Origin: Octopus vulgaris
Taxonomy: Eukaryota
Direction of reading: 5' to 3'
Assembly: GCA_951406725.2 (NCBI GenBank)
Contig: OX597823.1
Location: forward strand, 106,082,001 to 106,146,000
Length of the DNA: 64,000 nucleotides
Shown: piece after piece, positions 1 to 13,166 of the stretch
Layout: every line of letters starts with the position of its first letter
How positions within the stretch are numbered: position 1 is the first letter of the stretch
The notes under the pieces: model-generated
Database searches by the model: none
Seen by the model: only the letters and a program-made list of their open reading frames with translations
Told to the model about the DNA's origin: nothing
Made by a program: the position numbers and the translations under genes

Positions 1-48
<48 letters not shown>

Positions 49-1199
49 TATATAAAAGCACACATACACGTATACACTGCAAGCAAGAATGTGCATGTAG
101 ACATATGTGAATATAGATACATATATATATATGAATATGCGGCAAGAGGGGAGAGTGAGAGAAAGAGCGCTAGAGAAAGGGAAAAGAAAGGGTTATAGAG
201 AGAAAGAAAGTGACAGACAGTAGAGTGTTTGAAGACCAACGAGAGTAAAATTTAATTGAATTTTGTCGTATACTTTAATTATTACCTTATATAATTAGCA
301 TCTTCAGTTGAAATTCAAATTAAGAAATTAAAATTTACAACAAATCGATAAAACATTTTGTAAAATATTTCTAAATACTGAATTATAAAAATTGATTAAT
401 AAATATTTTTCAGCGCAACGAACGTTTCACACCTTATATTATTATACACACATGTATATATACGCACACATACATACGTACGTAAGTTCATACATTCATA
501 CATAAATACACATTCATATTTATGTATACACGCGCACACACATACGTATAAGTATTTATATATGTATGTATATACTTACATATACATATATCCACACGTA
601 CACACATATGTGTGTGTGCGTATGCATGTATATATAATTGACTATTTCGTTATTAGTGGGATCAGCTGAAAAGTTGTCCACCAGTGAAGGATATATTTTC
701 CTTAATATACACATAATTTAAATTCAAGCTAGTGTTAGTTTCAGGCTGTGGAAACACTATAAACTAACAATCAAACTTTCAAACTCAAATATACAGCTTA
801 GATGATACTTTTTTGAAAATAACGAGAAAAGGTGGTGGTCTTTGAGAGAACATGGGGGGGGGGACTAGAAGGAGCTAAAGTCAAAAAGTGGAGAGAGAGA
901 AAAAGCAAAAAATAAAATGGAGTGGGGGGAAGAAAAGGAAAAAAACTCAAGAGCTACGACCTTTTCTCGTTCAAATCAGTATAGATGTGCATGGTGTTCG
1001 AACCAGAATTAATATTGTTGGTGTATATTAATTTTACAAGAAGAAGATCAAATTCTGTGAAACTGCAAAGCTCAACCCGGAGAAGGTGGTGTCCGACAGT
1101 TCAGCAAAAGATATTTGTTCATTTCTTTTATCTTTCGTCTTTTATTTGTCTTAACCATTACACACCAGAACTTGTTTTTTAAAGCCTGTCGTTTATTTC

Positions 1200-1505
1200 A
1201 ACGGTTTCTATTGCCAAATTACTAAGGTACGGGGACGTAAACACGCCAGCACCGGTTGTCAAGCAGTTGTGGGGGGCAAACATAAGCACAAAGACATACA
1301 CACTGACACGCGCGTACACATGCAAACACACGCACACAAACAAACACACACACACATACGACGAGCTTCTTTCATTTTCCACCCAGAAAGCTTTGACCGG
1401 CCTGAGGCTATTGTAGAAATCATTTGCACAAGGCGTCACACAGTGGGATCGAAATCAGAACCTTGTGGTTGGAAAGCAAAATTCTGACCACAGAGCCACT
1501 CACGT
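1200..1505 (-). mobile_element. tRNA-derived SINE, family B (CORE-like), degraded, with internal CA/TG tract
   Basis: Matches copies at 29162, 40705, 47585 and 51294 (ggggacgtaaacac-cagcaccggttgtcaagc; cttccaaccacaaggttc head on the minus strand). Confidence 0.75.
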
Positions 1506-1529
1506 GCTTATATATGTTTACATTTAAGA

Positions 1530-2180
1530 AGAATTTCTGATCTGGAATTCTTAAATCTAACAAGAAATGAGATTTTTCGGCTAAACAAAGCCTGCATCTT
1601 TGTGATTCATTGAAATATAGCATGCATCGCTCCACGATGCTCCATCCGATAGTATGATGTACAGATTCCATTTATAGCGAGCAAACTTTTATGGCTTTCT
1701 TCTGATCTACATGTGGGAAAGAAGAACGATGGTTGCATATCTGTTTTTAAAATTACTTTCTCATAAACCAATGTAATTTTTCTTTCGAGATTTATTATAT
1801 TGGAACGTTGTTATGGCTTCGGCTTCAAAACCCACTGAGCTGATCATGCATGTCAGGTCGAATAGGAAAGCTTCTGGGTCTCAACAGTTATACCTTGGAG
1901 TGGGATCCCCGTATGACATTTCTATATCAACAATATCCTTGCTATACATTTATTGCAAATCACATTACATTTAATCTCTATTTCCCTGGTGTTAATTTTA
2001 AAGAATTAAGTCTGTTACCGAATTTTTACTAGCAACGCATAGTATAATGAATGTAACTGCATAGTTAATTATCCGTATAGTACTATGGTTATTCATTGGA
2101 AAATTTCATACTTACATTTTCTTGGATGAAATATCTAACCAATTACACAGATTTGATAAATTCTTAAATTTCTGTACGTT
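1530..2180 (-). pseudogene. Penelope-like element remnant: GIY-YIG endonuclease C-terminal region
   Basis: Minus-strand pieces read ...NYIGL*ESNFKNRY/NHRSSF..., then ORF 1420-1671 IGWSIVERC..Y....RCRLCLAEK...FFLN. This matches the YIG / FKxRYxNH / WxI..CxLCLxEK..LN pattern of PLE endonucleases. Stops and frameshifts are present. Confidence 0.7.
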
Positions 2181-2201
2181 GATAGTATGTATATAGATTA
2201 A

Positions 2202-2347
2202 GGCGGCGAGCTGGCAGAATCGTTAGCACGCTGGATGAAATGCTTAACGGTATTTCGTTCGTCGCGAGGTTCTACGGTCAAATTCCGCTGAGGCCGACTT
2301 TGCCTTTAATCCTCTCGGGGTCAATAAATTAAGTACTAGTTACGCAC
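2202..2347 (+). mobile_element. tRNA-derived SINE, family A
   Basis: Head ggcggcgagctggcagaatcgttagc (A-box-like), ggtcaaattccgc (B-box-like), then a variant of the family block gactttgcctttcatcctttcggggtcgataaattaagtacc. Confidence 0.85.
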
Positions 2348-2649
2348 TATATATAGCAGAACAGAAATCATCTCAGTATTCTAAGGTATTAATCCAATTT
2401 TCTTGTTAATCTATACCAGCGGTTTTTCTACCTTTGCAACAAATTAGAGTTTATCGAAACAACTAAACAATGCATCATTTCAGAACTATTATGTTCGATA
2501 TTATAACATGTAATCCCAGTTTAAATCGACAATTGATTCGAAAATTCCAATAACTCCTAAGAGACAATCACATACAGAGAAACAATTTCAAATATTTCAT
2601 TATCACTTTTTTCGATCAACATACGTACATACATACATACATACATACA

Positions 2650-2681
<32 letters not shown>

Positions 2682-3194
2682 CGTACATACGTACATGCAT
2701 GTATATATATATATATATATACACAGACCCAGACACACATATATACATATAAGCATGCATTTATACACCCATACATGCACACTTATGTGTGCACACACAC
2801 CTACACGCACACACACACATACATACATACATACGTACATACGTACATGCATGTATATACATATATACACATACATAGACACAGACACACACGCACACAC
2901 ACACACACATACACTCACACACACATATATATATATATATAAGCATACATATATACACACATACATGCACACTTATGTGTGCACACACCTTCGAGCGCTC
3001 GCACACACATATGCATACACACACATATGTACACACATAAGTACACATACAAGCACACACATTCATACATATCGTGTTCTCTTTCTTTCCATTGCATATC
3101 GGTCTTTCTCAAAAGTGTCTTTGCTTTCATACTCTCTGTTTCTGCTTCGTCAACTACACCGAACTACAACGGACCCGCTATGATAGCCACAACT

Positions 3195-3278
<84 letters not shown>

Positions 3279-3791
3279 ATACACACAAGCAGCGCGAGCA
3301 CTCACAAATTCTATTAAGATACTATACTTTATTGGTTACTGTACTTTTTCTGTTTCACCTTTGACAAACAAATGAAACAAAATGGTCTAAAATTCTACAG
3401 AACCAACAATGAGAACCAATATAAAAATAAGAAGCGAATACACAGAAATACACTCCATCCCACAAAACAAAAATAAATGAATAAAAAAAGGCCACAACAA
3501 AAACACACAAAATATATAAGCAAATATTAAATGTCCACGAATATTCTACAAGACCGGATTTATACCAAATATTTAATTTAGTTTAATTTCAGCTAATTTC
3601 TTTAATTCAATCCGAGTCTTCGCAGTGAAATTATCAGTGTCCTTTTTGTTTGCATTCTCCAAGAGCTGTTGACGCGGTATTACCATTCTCTTAGACTTCT
3701 TTCCCTCCATTCTCAGACACGACTTTATACTTTTATTAATTTTTGTTTTTAAATATTCTTGTTATTGTTGTTGTTCTTGTAGTTATTATTA

Positions 3792-3858
<67 letters not shown>

Positions 3859-4207
3859 GATTTGTCACTAAAAATTTCTCTATTTTGGCAAATTTTCTCG
3901 TTTCGTTTCGTTTCTTTTCTTTTATTTAACTATCATTTATTTGTTCTTGGCTCGTGATAATGGTGGTGGTGATAACTGCGCTGATGATAATGGCGGCGAT
4001 GAGTATGTTGGTGAATACAATAATGGTGGTGGTGATAATGTTGGGGTGGTGATAATGTAGGTGGCGATGATGACTGTAGCGATAACGTTGGTGGTGATAA
4101 ACTTGGGGGTATGGTGGGAGTAATTCGTGGTGTGAGTGTTGAGAATAATGCCAATGGTGGTGGTGGTGAAGCTGGTTGTAGTGTTGGGGTGATGGAGGTA
4201 GTAGTAT

Positions 4208-4266
<59 letters not shown>

Positions 4267-4419
4267 AAGCAATGTGATGCAGGCATAGGCAATTGTGGTG
4301 GCGTTGTTGGTTGTGTTGGAGGTAGATAGAGGTTTTCGAACGAGTTGGCAGAAGGTGTGTAGTCCTGTTGGTTTCCGAGGTTATTGTGCTGGAGGCAGTA
4401 CTGATGAAGGTAGTTGGAA

Positions 4420-4987
4420 GCAAGTAATAGTGCTGGTGATAGCAGTGTTGGAGGTAATAGTCTTAGTGATAGTAGTGTTAGATATAATAGTAGTGGAATT
4501 AGTGGTACTAGAGTTAGTTGTACTGGAGGTAGTAGTGTCGGAGATAGTAGTGTAAGAGATAGTAATGTTGAATGTAATAGTGCTAGAAATAGAAGTACTG
4601 GAGTTCCTGGTACTGGAGGTAGTAGTGTTAGAGATAGTAGTACTGTAGGTAGTAGTGTTGGAGGTAGGCAGTAGTGTTGGAGGTACGCAGAAGAGATGAA
4701 GGTAGGCTGCGGAGTTGGAGGTAGGCAGTAGAGTTGGAGGTAGGCAGTAGAGTTGGAGGTAGGCAGTAGAGTTGGCGGTAGGTAGTAGAGTTGGAGGTAG
4801 GCAGTAGTGTTGGAGGTAGGCAGTAGAGATGGAGGTAGGCTGCAGAGTTGGAGGTAGGCAGTAGAGTTGGAGGTAGGCTGCAGAGTTGGAGGTAGGCAGT
4901 AGAGTTGGAGGTAGGTAGTAGAGTTGGAGGTAGGCAGTAGTGTTGGAGGTAGGCAGTAGAGATGGAGGTAGGCTGCAGAGTTGGAGG
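4420..4987. repeat. Minisatellite: degenerate 15-bp units grading into a 19-bp unit (ggaggtaggcagtagagtt)n
   Basis: About 4420-4660 has gatagtagtgttaga / ggtagtagtgttgga-type units. About 4660-4987 has tandem 19-bp units with gctgcag and gtagtag variants. Confidence 0.85.
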
Positions 4988-5737
4988 TGCTAAATTGTCC
5001 TGTTGAAGGATGTGGTTGTGGAATTGTGGTGCTTGAGTTAGCTTGTGATTTTCCTGGTTGTTCTAGTGGAGGCAGATAGTATTGCAACGTAGATAGTGGT
5101 ATTGGAGGAAAATACTGTTGGACAGGATGACGTATGTCGGTGGCGATGGGGGCGCTGCAACATATCTTTATATTCTATTTTCTGTTTTTTATTTCCAACT
5201 AAATATGTCTGTTTATAGTTTATTTCGTTTTTAATTATTTTTCTCCTTTTAGTGTTCAATCTTATTAGTCCAGTTTTTAATAAACTGGTACATATTTGAA
5301 TTTAAACAAAAGAAAAAAAAAGAAATATAATTACAAATAAATAGTAAAATAATATAAAATAAATTACTATAAAATACAATTACGTATCAGAAAAAACGAA
5401 ATTTAAATAAAAAAAATATTATTTTTGTTGGAATTAATTTAAGCATCACACGAAATGCAGTAAATTCAAGAAACACACGCACACACGCGGCGCGCGCGCA
5501 CACACACACACACACATAAGCAACATACACACACGCGCGCTCACGCATACACAAAGACATATTTATAGGTGTCTATCAGTGTGATGTATGCATATATTTA
5601 TGTGTGTGTGTGTCTGGGTGTGTGTGAGTGTGAGTGTGTGTGGGGGTGTATAAATGTGTGTGCAGGTGCGCGTGCAGTAGCAGCGACAGAAACGAAACAC
5701 CACCACCACTACCACCACCACCACCACCACCACCAAT

Positions 5738-5943
5738 AATCCCTTCTACTTAAGGCACAAGGCCTGAAATTTTGGGGCAAGCGGACTAGTCGGTTACATC
5801 AATCCCATTCCTCAACTGGTGTTTATATATCGATTCCGAAAGAAGGAAAAGCAAAGTCGATTTCGGAGGAATTTGAACTCAAGATAAATTGCCGCCATTT
5901 TGAATTTCAACCGGTGCTGTAACGATTCTATCAGCTCGCTTCT
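5738..5943 (-). mobile_element. SINE family A, diverged
   Basis: gcaaagtcgatttcggaggaatttgaactc ... aacgattctatcagctcgc is the reverse complement of the family A head. Confidence 0.7.
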
Positions 5944-5997
5944 TTAATAATAGCAACATCATCATCAACAACAACAACAATAATAATAATAGTAATA

Positions 5998-7970
5998 GGC
6001 CACAGATCTCAGTATGGAGCATCGATTGTACCTCCCCAAAATTAGAATACATAATAAAACAACATCAGTAATAAATAACATGAACCTGGCCGTCACAGAA
6101 CTAATGTCAACATCTCCAAGCTAAATAATCTAATATATACAGCAGCCACTGTGGCCACAAAAGAAGCTGGATACTCCCTCAAATCCATCCAAATAGGAGC
6201 AACACCACTCAAACAAATCCTGTGGATGAATAATATCTAGAAAAAAAATAGAAAACAAGAGAAAAGATCTATCAATCCTTAACAAAACTAGTAGACAATC
6301 AACGCTACTAAGCAACAAGAAGAGAACAAAAATACTGTGCAAATACAACATTACAGAAAAAGGTTTACCTGAGGTAAAAGAAAAGCTAAAGCAAGATATC
6401 CTTGCCAAAGCACAAAGGATCCGCCGGTATGAGAAACGCCAACGTTTCTTTGAAGAAAACAAAAAGTTCAACTCCATGCACAAAAGATTCTACCAAGAAC
6501 TTGCCAAAAATAAAAGACATCAAGGCAGCACCAACAGCAGAAGAAGTGGAAGAATTTTGGGAAGAAATATGGTCGGCGAAGGAACAGCCTCAGGAAAGGT
6601 CTATTAAAACAACGAAATCAGTACCTGAACAACTCTAGACCCCTATAAACAACTGAAGCGGTCACCCAGGCACTGCAAAAACTAAGCAACTGGAAGGCAC
6701 CCGGGCACGATAAGATCCCCAACTTCTGGTTAAAATATCTGACAGGAACACACAAAAAGCTGACTGAGAAATTTAATGATATACTACGGGATCCAGAGAC
6801 AATGCCTGAATGGCTCACGAAAGGGGAGACTATCTTAATTCCCAAACCCACTGAAACGGCGAACCCACAAAATTACAGACCACTTACTTGTTTCCCTACA
6901 ATATACAAAACCTTCACTGCAATAATATCGCAGAGAATTGAGCAAGCATCTGGAAGAAAACAACCTGTTTCCAGAAGAGCAGAAAGGATGCTGCAAGGAC
7001 TCATACGGCTGTAAAGATCAATTAATGATCAATAAAGCCTTAACTGAAGATAGCCACAGAAAGAAGAAAGGTCTAAGTATGGCCTGGATCGATCACCGAA
7101 AGGCTTTTGATAGTATTCCCCAAACATGGATCCTAAAAACATTAACCATGAACAAGGTAGCAACAATAATCATAAAATGTATACAACACTCTGTGAATAA
7201 ATGGCAGACAGTGCTACAGCTCCAAACAAAAGAGGGACTCATAAAGACCAAAGCAATCCCAATTAGAAGAGGAATATTCCAGGGAGACACACTCTCTCCA
7301 CTCCTTTTCTGCTTGTTACTGACACCTTTATCTGACATGCTAAACAGAACTGGATGTGGATACAACTGTTACGTCAAAACAATCAGCCACCTCTTATATA
7401 TGGGGGATTTAAAACTGTACGTTACAAATGATAAACAGCTGGAAACATTACTACAGATAGTACATGGATTTATCAAAGAAATAAACGTGAAATTTGGCTT
7501 AGAAAAATATGCCAAAGCAATCTTGAAAAGAGGAAAACTAGTTAAGAGTAGCAACATCACACTAGATAAAGCAAATGAAGTAAGAGAATTAGACCAAAGC
7601 CAGATATACAAATATTCAGGAATCAATGAACTAGATACGATAGAACACACAAATGAAAAAGAAAAAAAAATATAGACGAGTTAGATCAATACTAAAAACA
7701 GAGCTCAATGCTAAAAACAAGATAATAGGTATTAACACTTTAGCCGTCCCAGTTATAAGTTACAGCTACAATAACCTTAACTGGACGCTAAATGAATTAA
7801 TCAAAATAGACGGGAAAACAGAAAAATAATAACAGGATTTAGGACGCACCACCCAAAATCTGACATAGAAAGGTTATATATATATATACAACGTACCGAA
7901 GGTGGTAGAAGCCTTATACAGCAAGCAGACTATTACAAAATAACCACCATAGGACTGCAAAAATACCTAC
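5998..7970 (+). pseudogene. R4/Dong-clade non-LTR retrotransposon, reverse transcriptase region, truncated at both ends and frameshifted
   Basis: Motifs in successive frames: LNNLIYTAA, EEVEEFWEEIW, NWKAPGHDKIPNFWLK, PEWLTKGETILIPK, NYRPLTC, EEQKGC, GCKDQLMINK, AWIDHRKAFDSIP, GIFQGDTLSPLLFCL, HLLYMGDLKLY (YMDD degenerate), FGLEK, LNAKNKIIGINTLAVPV, GGRSL. Preceded by (caa/taa)n. Confidence 0.92.
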
Positions 7971-8071
7971 CCCGGATGTATGTTTATATCTATCTGTCTA
8001 TACATATACATATATATTTATAAATACATACGCATGTATATGTATACGCCTACTCGTCCTTCCTTCCCTTC

Positions 8072-8103
<32 letters not shown>

Positions 8104-9182
8104 ATGTGTGGACGGCATGTAGTATGCTAGCGTGATAATGAGAATAGAACATAAATGAAGCAAGTTTTCATAATACATTAGACGTGTGTCTATGAACAAC
8201 GAATAATTCTATTTATGTGGGAGATGTTTAGTTCTAGGTCAATGATTAACGAAACAGTGTTGAACATTCCAGCCGTGACCATACTGTCCTTTTCGTGTAC
8301 ACTGTGGTATGAGGGCGACTTAGTTGTCATACTTAGCAGATCTACCGACAGCATAGAGACACCACCACTGTTTCAAGTAAAAGATTGCTCGCTCTTTGAG
8401 GTGGTCGTCTGTAGCTTTTGCTTTAGTTACGGCTATTCTTTAAAGTGTGTATCTGATAATAAGAGACGCTGAAGCAGTCTCTCAAATAAACATAATATAT
8501 TTCTATAACTAAAACAAATCAACAGAAAAAGTACTGACTATTTGGTCTCGAAGGAGAAAACGATGAGACAATGGGACGCCGAAACTTTTGCAAATCAAAT
8601 TCTATTAAAATATATACGAGTCCGTGTGTGTGCGTATATGCATATGTATGTGGGTGTACATATATATTCTTGTACACAGAATATATATATATATACACGT
8701 ATATCTGAATGTGTAGGTATATGTCTATGTGTGTGTGTATGTGTGTGAACATATGTATGTGTGTAATTATATTTCATAATTTCATTGGCAACAAAACAAC
8801 CCAGTAACTGCCAATAATAAAAAGAAATAAATTGTCATATGACAATTAAGGAAACATAGTTTTTATATAATGTATGTATGTATGTATGTATACATGTATG
8901 TATGTATGTATACATGTATGTATGTATATATATATATATATGCATGAATGAATGTATGTAAGTATGTGTGTATGTACGTATGTATACATATACACACACA
9001 CACACATATATATGTGTGTGTGTGGACATGGCTATATTATATAGGTAATAAATATTCAAACGTATACGAATATAATATATATACATATATATATGTATAT
9101 ATACATTCGATGCTTTCTTCCAAGGAATCTAATGCTCCTAGCTTAGTTTTTTTCCTTGGGGCTGGCCAGATTGGAGCAATCT

Positions 9183-9360
9183 CAAGATCAATCACCCGAA
9201 ATTGCGAGGATGATCCAGTTCTTGACTGAGGATAGGAAGCTTCGAATGACCCGTCCTTGTTTTTTTGTATCGTCTATCTGGATGTTCTCTTGTCCCTTTT
9301 TGTATCATCTAGTTGACCGGATGTTTTGCGTTCTTGTCCCATTTTATATTTTATATATAT
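9183..9360. repeat. Dispersed about 175-bp repeat of unknown class (second copy 23077-23250)
   Basis: gaaattgcgaggatgatcc(a/g)gttcttgactgaggataggaagcttcgaatgacccgtccttgtttttttgtatcgtct is nearly identical in the two copies. Confidence 0.85.
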
Positions 9361-9400
9361 ATATAAATTTCAAAGCATTTATTTGTTTTAAGTATATATA

Positions 9401-9452
<52 letters not shown>

Positions 9453-9628
9453 GGTGTGTGCGTTTGTGTGCTGGCGCGCGATACACATGGAATCACAGAG
9501 TCTAATCAGGTATGGTGTGAGCAAGGAGTGCTCATATACACCATGCACATGAGAGTTTCTATCATAAACATAGTAGTATTGTGCCTGTTGTAATACAACA
9601 TCCACGGTCAAATGGTGATAAATTTTAT

Positions 9629-9681
<53 letters not shown>

Positions 9682-10189
9682 TGCATGCGGTGATCTTTCT
9701 GGTTGGGGAAGAAATGACCAAAATTTTCTGTCACAGATATTTGAATCAAATTCACACGTTCTTATAATACTTGCTTTCCTTTTTCTATGTGTCATATAAC
9801 AACGTAAGATTGCATTATATCATAGGTAATGCGAATTGTCAGAAACTTAATCTAAGCGTATAAGTATTTATTAACATCTAAAACTATTCGTTATCTTATT
9901 AGAAAAAAATCTCTTTGTGGCATTTTTTATTTGAAAAAAATGTTAAAATATTCCACCAAAAAGGATGCAACAGCTCGTGTTGCTTCCCATGCACAGAATT
10001 TCTTTTCTGTCGTCTTCCAGCGCCTGTCATTTCTTGCTAATCCTGACAATAAAGATCTGAAGCCTATTGTGTCATGTAGTTTATATCAATTTTACAGATC
10101 ATTACAGGAACGAACCTATGAAAAATAAGTAATACAATTTCAATTTTGTTTCTATAATTTTTATGGAAAGCACGCCGATGAGGTATATA

Positions 10190-10577
10190 TCTATTATATA
10201 AAATCTGTTCTGTCTATCTGCGTGTGCGTCTTCAAGGATCTCGGGCATCCTCCATCCGATTGCGCTCAAATTTCATAGGTATAGATACCGACGGTATCAG
10301 GGCGTGTATGAGTCTTGAAAAAATTACAAAAATCGATTCCAGGTGAGAATGCGATCGATAAAGCCGTGGGAATGTGCATTTGTACGCGCAAGTACATCAG
10401 CTGTTGCGATCGATACTGCGCGTGCGCGAGAAAAATGCACGTGCAGTTTGCGCAAAAAACGCCGGCTGGCTTGAAATAATGCCACAAAATGGGACGGTCG
10501 GACAAGTTGTTTTGAGAAAATTTGGTTTATATGTTTGACAACTCAGCACCGTCCATTGGACGGGGGCGTTTTGCTCG
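10190..10577 (+). mobile_element. Non-autonomous Helitron
   Basis: 5' TCTATTATATAAAA, ccgattgcgctcaaattt motif, subterminal hairpin ccgtccattggacgg (10549-10563), 3' CTCG. Sits between host A and T with no TSD. Confidence 0.8.
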
Positions 10578-10674
10578 TATATATATAAATATATACGTAC
10601 TTTGATACGTAAATATATTTAACAGTCCTGTTGTCAGAGACTATTCAGTCTTTTGTATAGTATATACAGATTTT

Positions 10675-11000
10675 AGAAGAGGGGTGAATCAATCACATGG
10701 GCTCTAGTGTTCAACTGATACTTATTTTATCGACTCCACGCGTACGAAGGCCGAAGTTGACATCGGTGGTATTTGTGTTCAGAGTGTATAGTCAGAAGAA
10801 ATGCCGCTAAGCATTTTGCCCGGTGTTGTAACGATTCTGCCGGCCCACAGCCTTAGTTATATCCCCGTAATAATCCTTTCTACTAAAGGTACAAGACCTG
10901 AAATTTGGGGAAGGATACAAGCTGATTACATAGATCCCACTATTCAGCTTGTACTTATTTTATCGACCCCGATAGGATGAAAGGCAAACTTGACCTCGGC
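10675..11000 (-). mobile_element. Two tandem SINE family A fragments
   Basis: acttattttatcgac block occurs twice (about 10720 and 10953); head remnant aacgattctgcc near 10830-10853. Confidence 0.7.
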
Positions 11001-11332
11001 TCAACCCGTAATAATAAAACAAGTTATTATCTTTGGATAAACGCCTATAATTAATGAAGCAACGAAATTTTTAATGAAAAAATAACAGAGATTTCTACAA
11101 TATATAATATGGCAAGACAGGAAACTAGAGTTATTTATCGTAGGCTGAGGAACATTCACGAGAAATTCCTGTGAACTTTTGAATTTAAATAATTAGGCTG
11201 TAACGATTTTACAAAGAGATTATGTCTAATCCGATTACTTACTTAGGAAAGATGAAGAGCTACTGGTGTGGGGCTAAAATGTTCTAATTACACATAGTTA
11301 GGAGTGAAACAATTGCAACAGGCCTCGTTTAA

Positions 11333-11400
<68 letters not shown>

Positions 11401-11408
11401 TAATAATA

Positions 11409-11445
<37 letters not shown>

Positions 11446-11446
11446 C

Positions 11447-11533
<87 letters not shown>

Positions 11534-11569
11534 TAAGGTGTCTTGGGGAAATTTAAAAATTTCCCCAAG

Positions 11570-11613
11570 ACACCTGATGAAGGCTGGAGAGTATATCAGT
11601 CGAAAAGTTGTGT
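11570..11613 (+). ncRNA. Minimal type I hammerhead ribozyme motif (family H1), probably inactive copy
   Basis: acac-CTGATGA-a-ggctg(gagagtatat)cagtc-GAAA-a-GT-T-gtgt. Stem I is acac/gtgt. Position 15.2 is A here versus C in the 36253 copy. Confidence 0.7.
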
Positions 11614-11839
11614 TTATAACAAAGATGAGGACAAATATCCGTCAAATGTAAATAATATAAATAATGAAAACAATGTATGTAAGGAAGGTACATACAGCTC
11701 GGTCGGCTTAGTAATGCAGTGAAAAGTTGAACACAGAAAGTAAAAATCCCGAAATTCCGGTAAGCATCTTGCTCGATACGAAAGCGTGTCTGTCATATAA
11801 CAAAGTTAATAATGGCAATAAGTTTTTTCATATTATCGC

Positions 11840-12041
11840 ACTAGGCCAGCAATTTTTAGAGGAGAGGTTTAGCCTCTATCTTCGAGCACAGTACTTCACT
11901 GGTACTTTATTTTATCTACCTCGAAACGATCACAGGAAAAAATCGACCTTAGAAGAGTTTGAACTGAGAACGTAATAAATAGGAAAAAATGTCACTAAAG
12001 ATTTTGTCCATCGCACTAACGATTGCACCAACGCGCCGCCT
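11840..12041 (-). mobile_element. SINE family A, old diverged copy
   Basis: ggtactttattttatctacctcgaaa...tcgaccttagaagagtttgaactgagaacgta...ctaacgattgcaccaacgcgccgcc. Confidence 0.6.
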
Positions 12042-12137
12042 AACCACATCAATGAGAAAACAAAACCGATCACTGACAATATTAATAATTTTCCATGCAA
12101 AAATATAAATAAGCGAATATTTCTTTGTGATATTACA

Positions 12138-12202
<65 letters not shown>

Positions 12203-12243
12203 ATATATATATATATATGTATATGTATATAAATATGTATATA

Positions 12244-12355
<112 letters not shown>

Positions 12356-12818
12356 TGTATATACATGTATACATACACATACGCAGATATGTATTTATAT
12401 GAGAGAAATGTTTTTAAATGGAAAATTTCCTGTATCTGATATATTAGAATGTTCGCATTTGTTCAGCAATATATATACAACTGTAAAAATAACAGTTTGC
12501 ATTCATAATAGCCAGCCGTGGCCACCTGTACAACTATGTAATTCTTTCCCGTGTTCGGTGCCATTTTTAGTTGATACCAAAATATACCAGACGAAAATAA
12601 GTGGACTGAGTTTATAGATGGCAATCGGAAATTGTGCCACACTACTATTAATATTATTAATATTTTCCAAGTCTTCCTATTTTTATTGCATGCTTTCATT
12701 GCATTACTAAGCCGAGCTGTATGTAGCTCGCTTACATGCATTGTTTTGTCTTGGTTTTGTAAAGAAATACCATGCGATATGTGTGCACTGCATACTAGTT
12801 GTATTCGGACATATTTGT

Positions 12819-12960
12819 GAAAGCATATGACCAAGTGGTTAGTGTGTACAGCTAATGATCATAATCTCTTCGATTCAGTTCTTGAAGCGGGCGGCTCATT
12901 GGATCCATGAGGAAGGCACATTTTCTCCCATTGCCCCGGTTCACTCAGCTGAAAATATGT
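12819..12960 (+). mobile_element. tRNA-derived SINE head, family C, diverged
   Basis: gaaagcatatgaccaagtggttag ... ccggttcactcagctgaaaat resembles the copies at 35030 and 27500. Confidence 0.5.
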
Positions 12961-13080
12961 AACAGCAGAGTGCTGGTGCTGTTATCTCTCCCTCCAGCAG
13001 TCACATATTATCGGATCAAAGCTTGGGAGAGCCTTAAGAATATCTCTATCTGCTCACAGGTACATACGTATCTAAAACAA

Positions 13081-13163
<83 letters not shown>

Positions 13164-13166
<3 letters not shown>

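Noticed and set aside
255-310. Hammerhead-like CTGAAGA plus hairpin on the minus strand
   Set aside because: No GAAA or GUH and no stem I.
2557-3317. YI/HT/CV/LSIY-rich ORFs here and throughout the track
   Set aside because: Translations of TA, CA, TACA, TATC and TAA microsatellites.
3933-5087. 384-aa ORF as a mucin-like gene
   Set aside because: Open because of triplet and 19-bp repeats that cycle through frames; no domain or splice support.
6938-7675. Active RT gene or prokaryotic RT system (retron, DGR)
   Set aside because: Motifs are R4/Dong LINE-type, catalytic YMDD reads YMGD, and there are multiple frameshifts.
9738-10128. Plus-strand exon candidates after acceptors at 9737 and 10020
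   Set aside because: All frames hit stops before a convincing donor.
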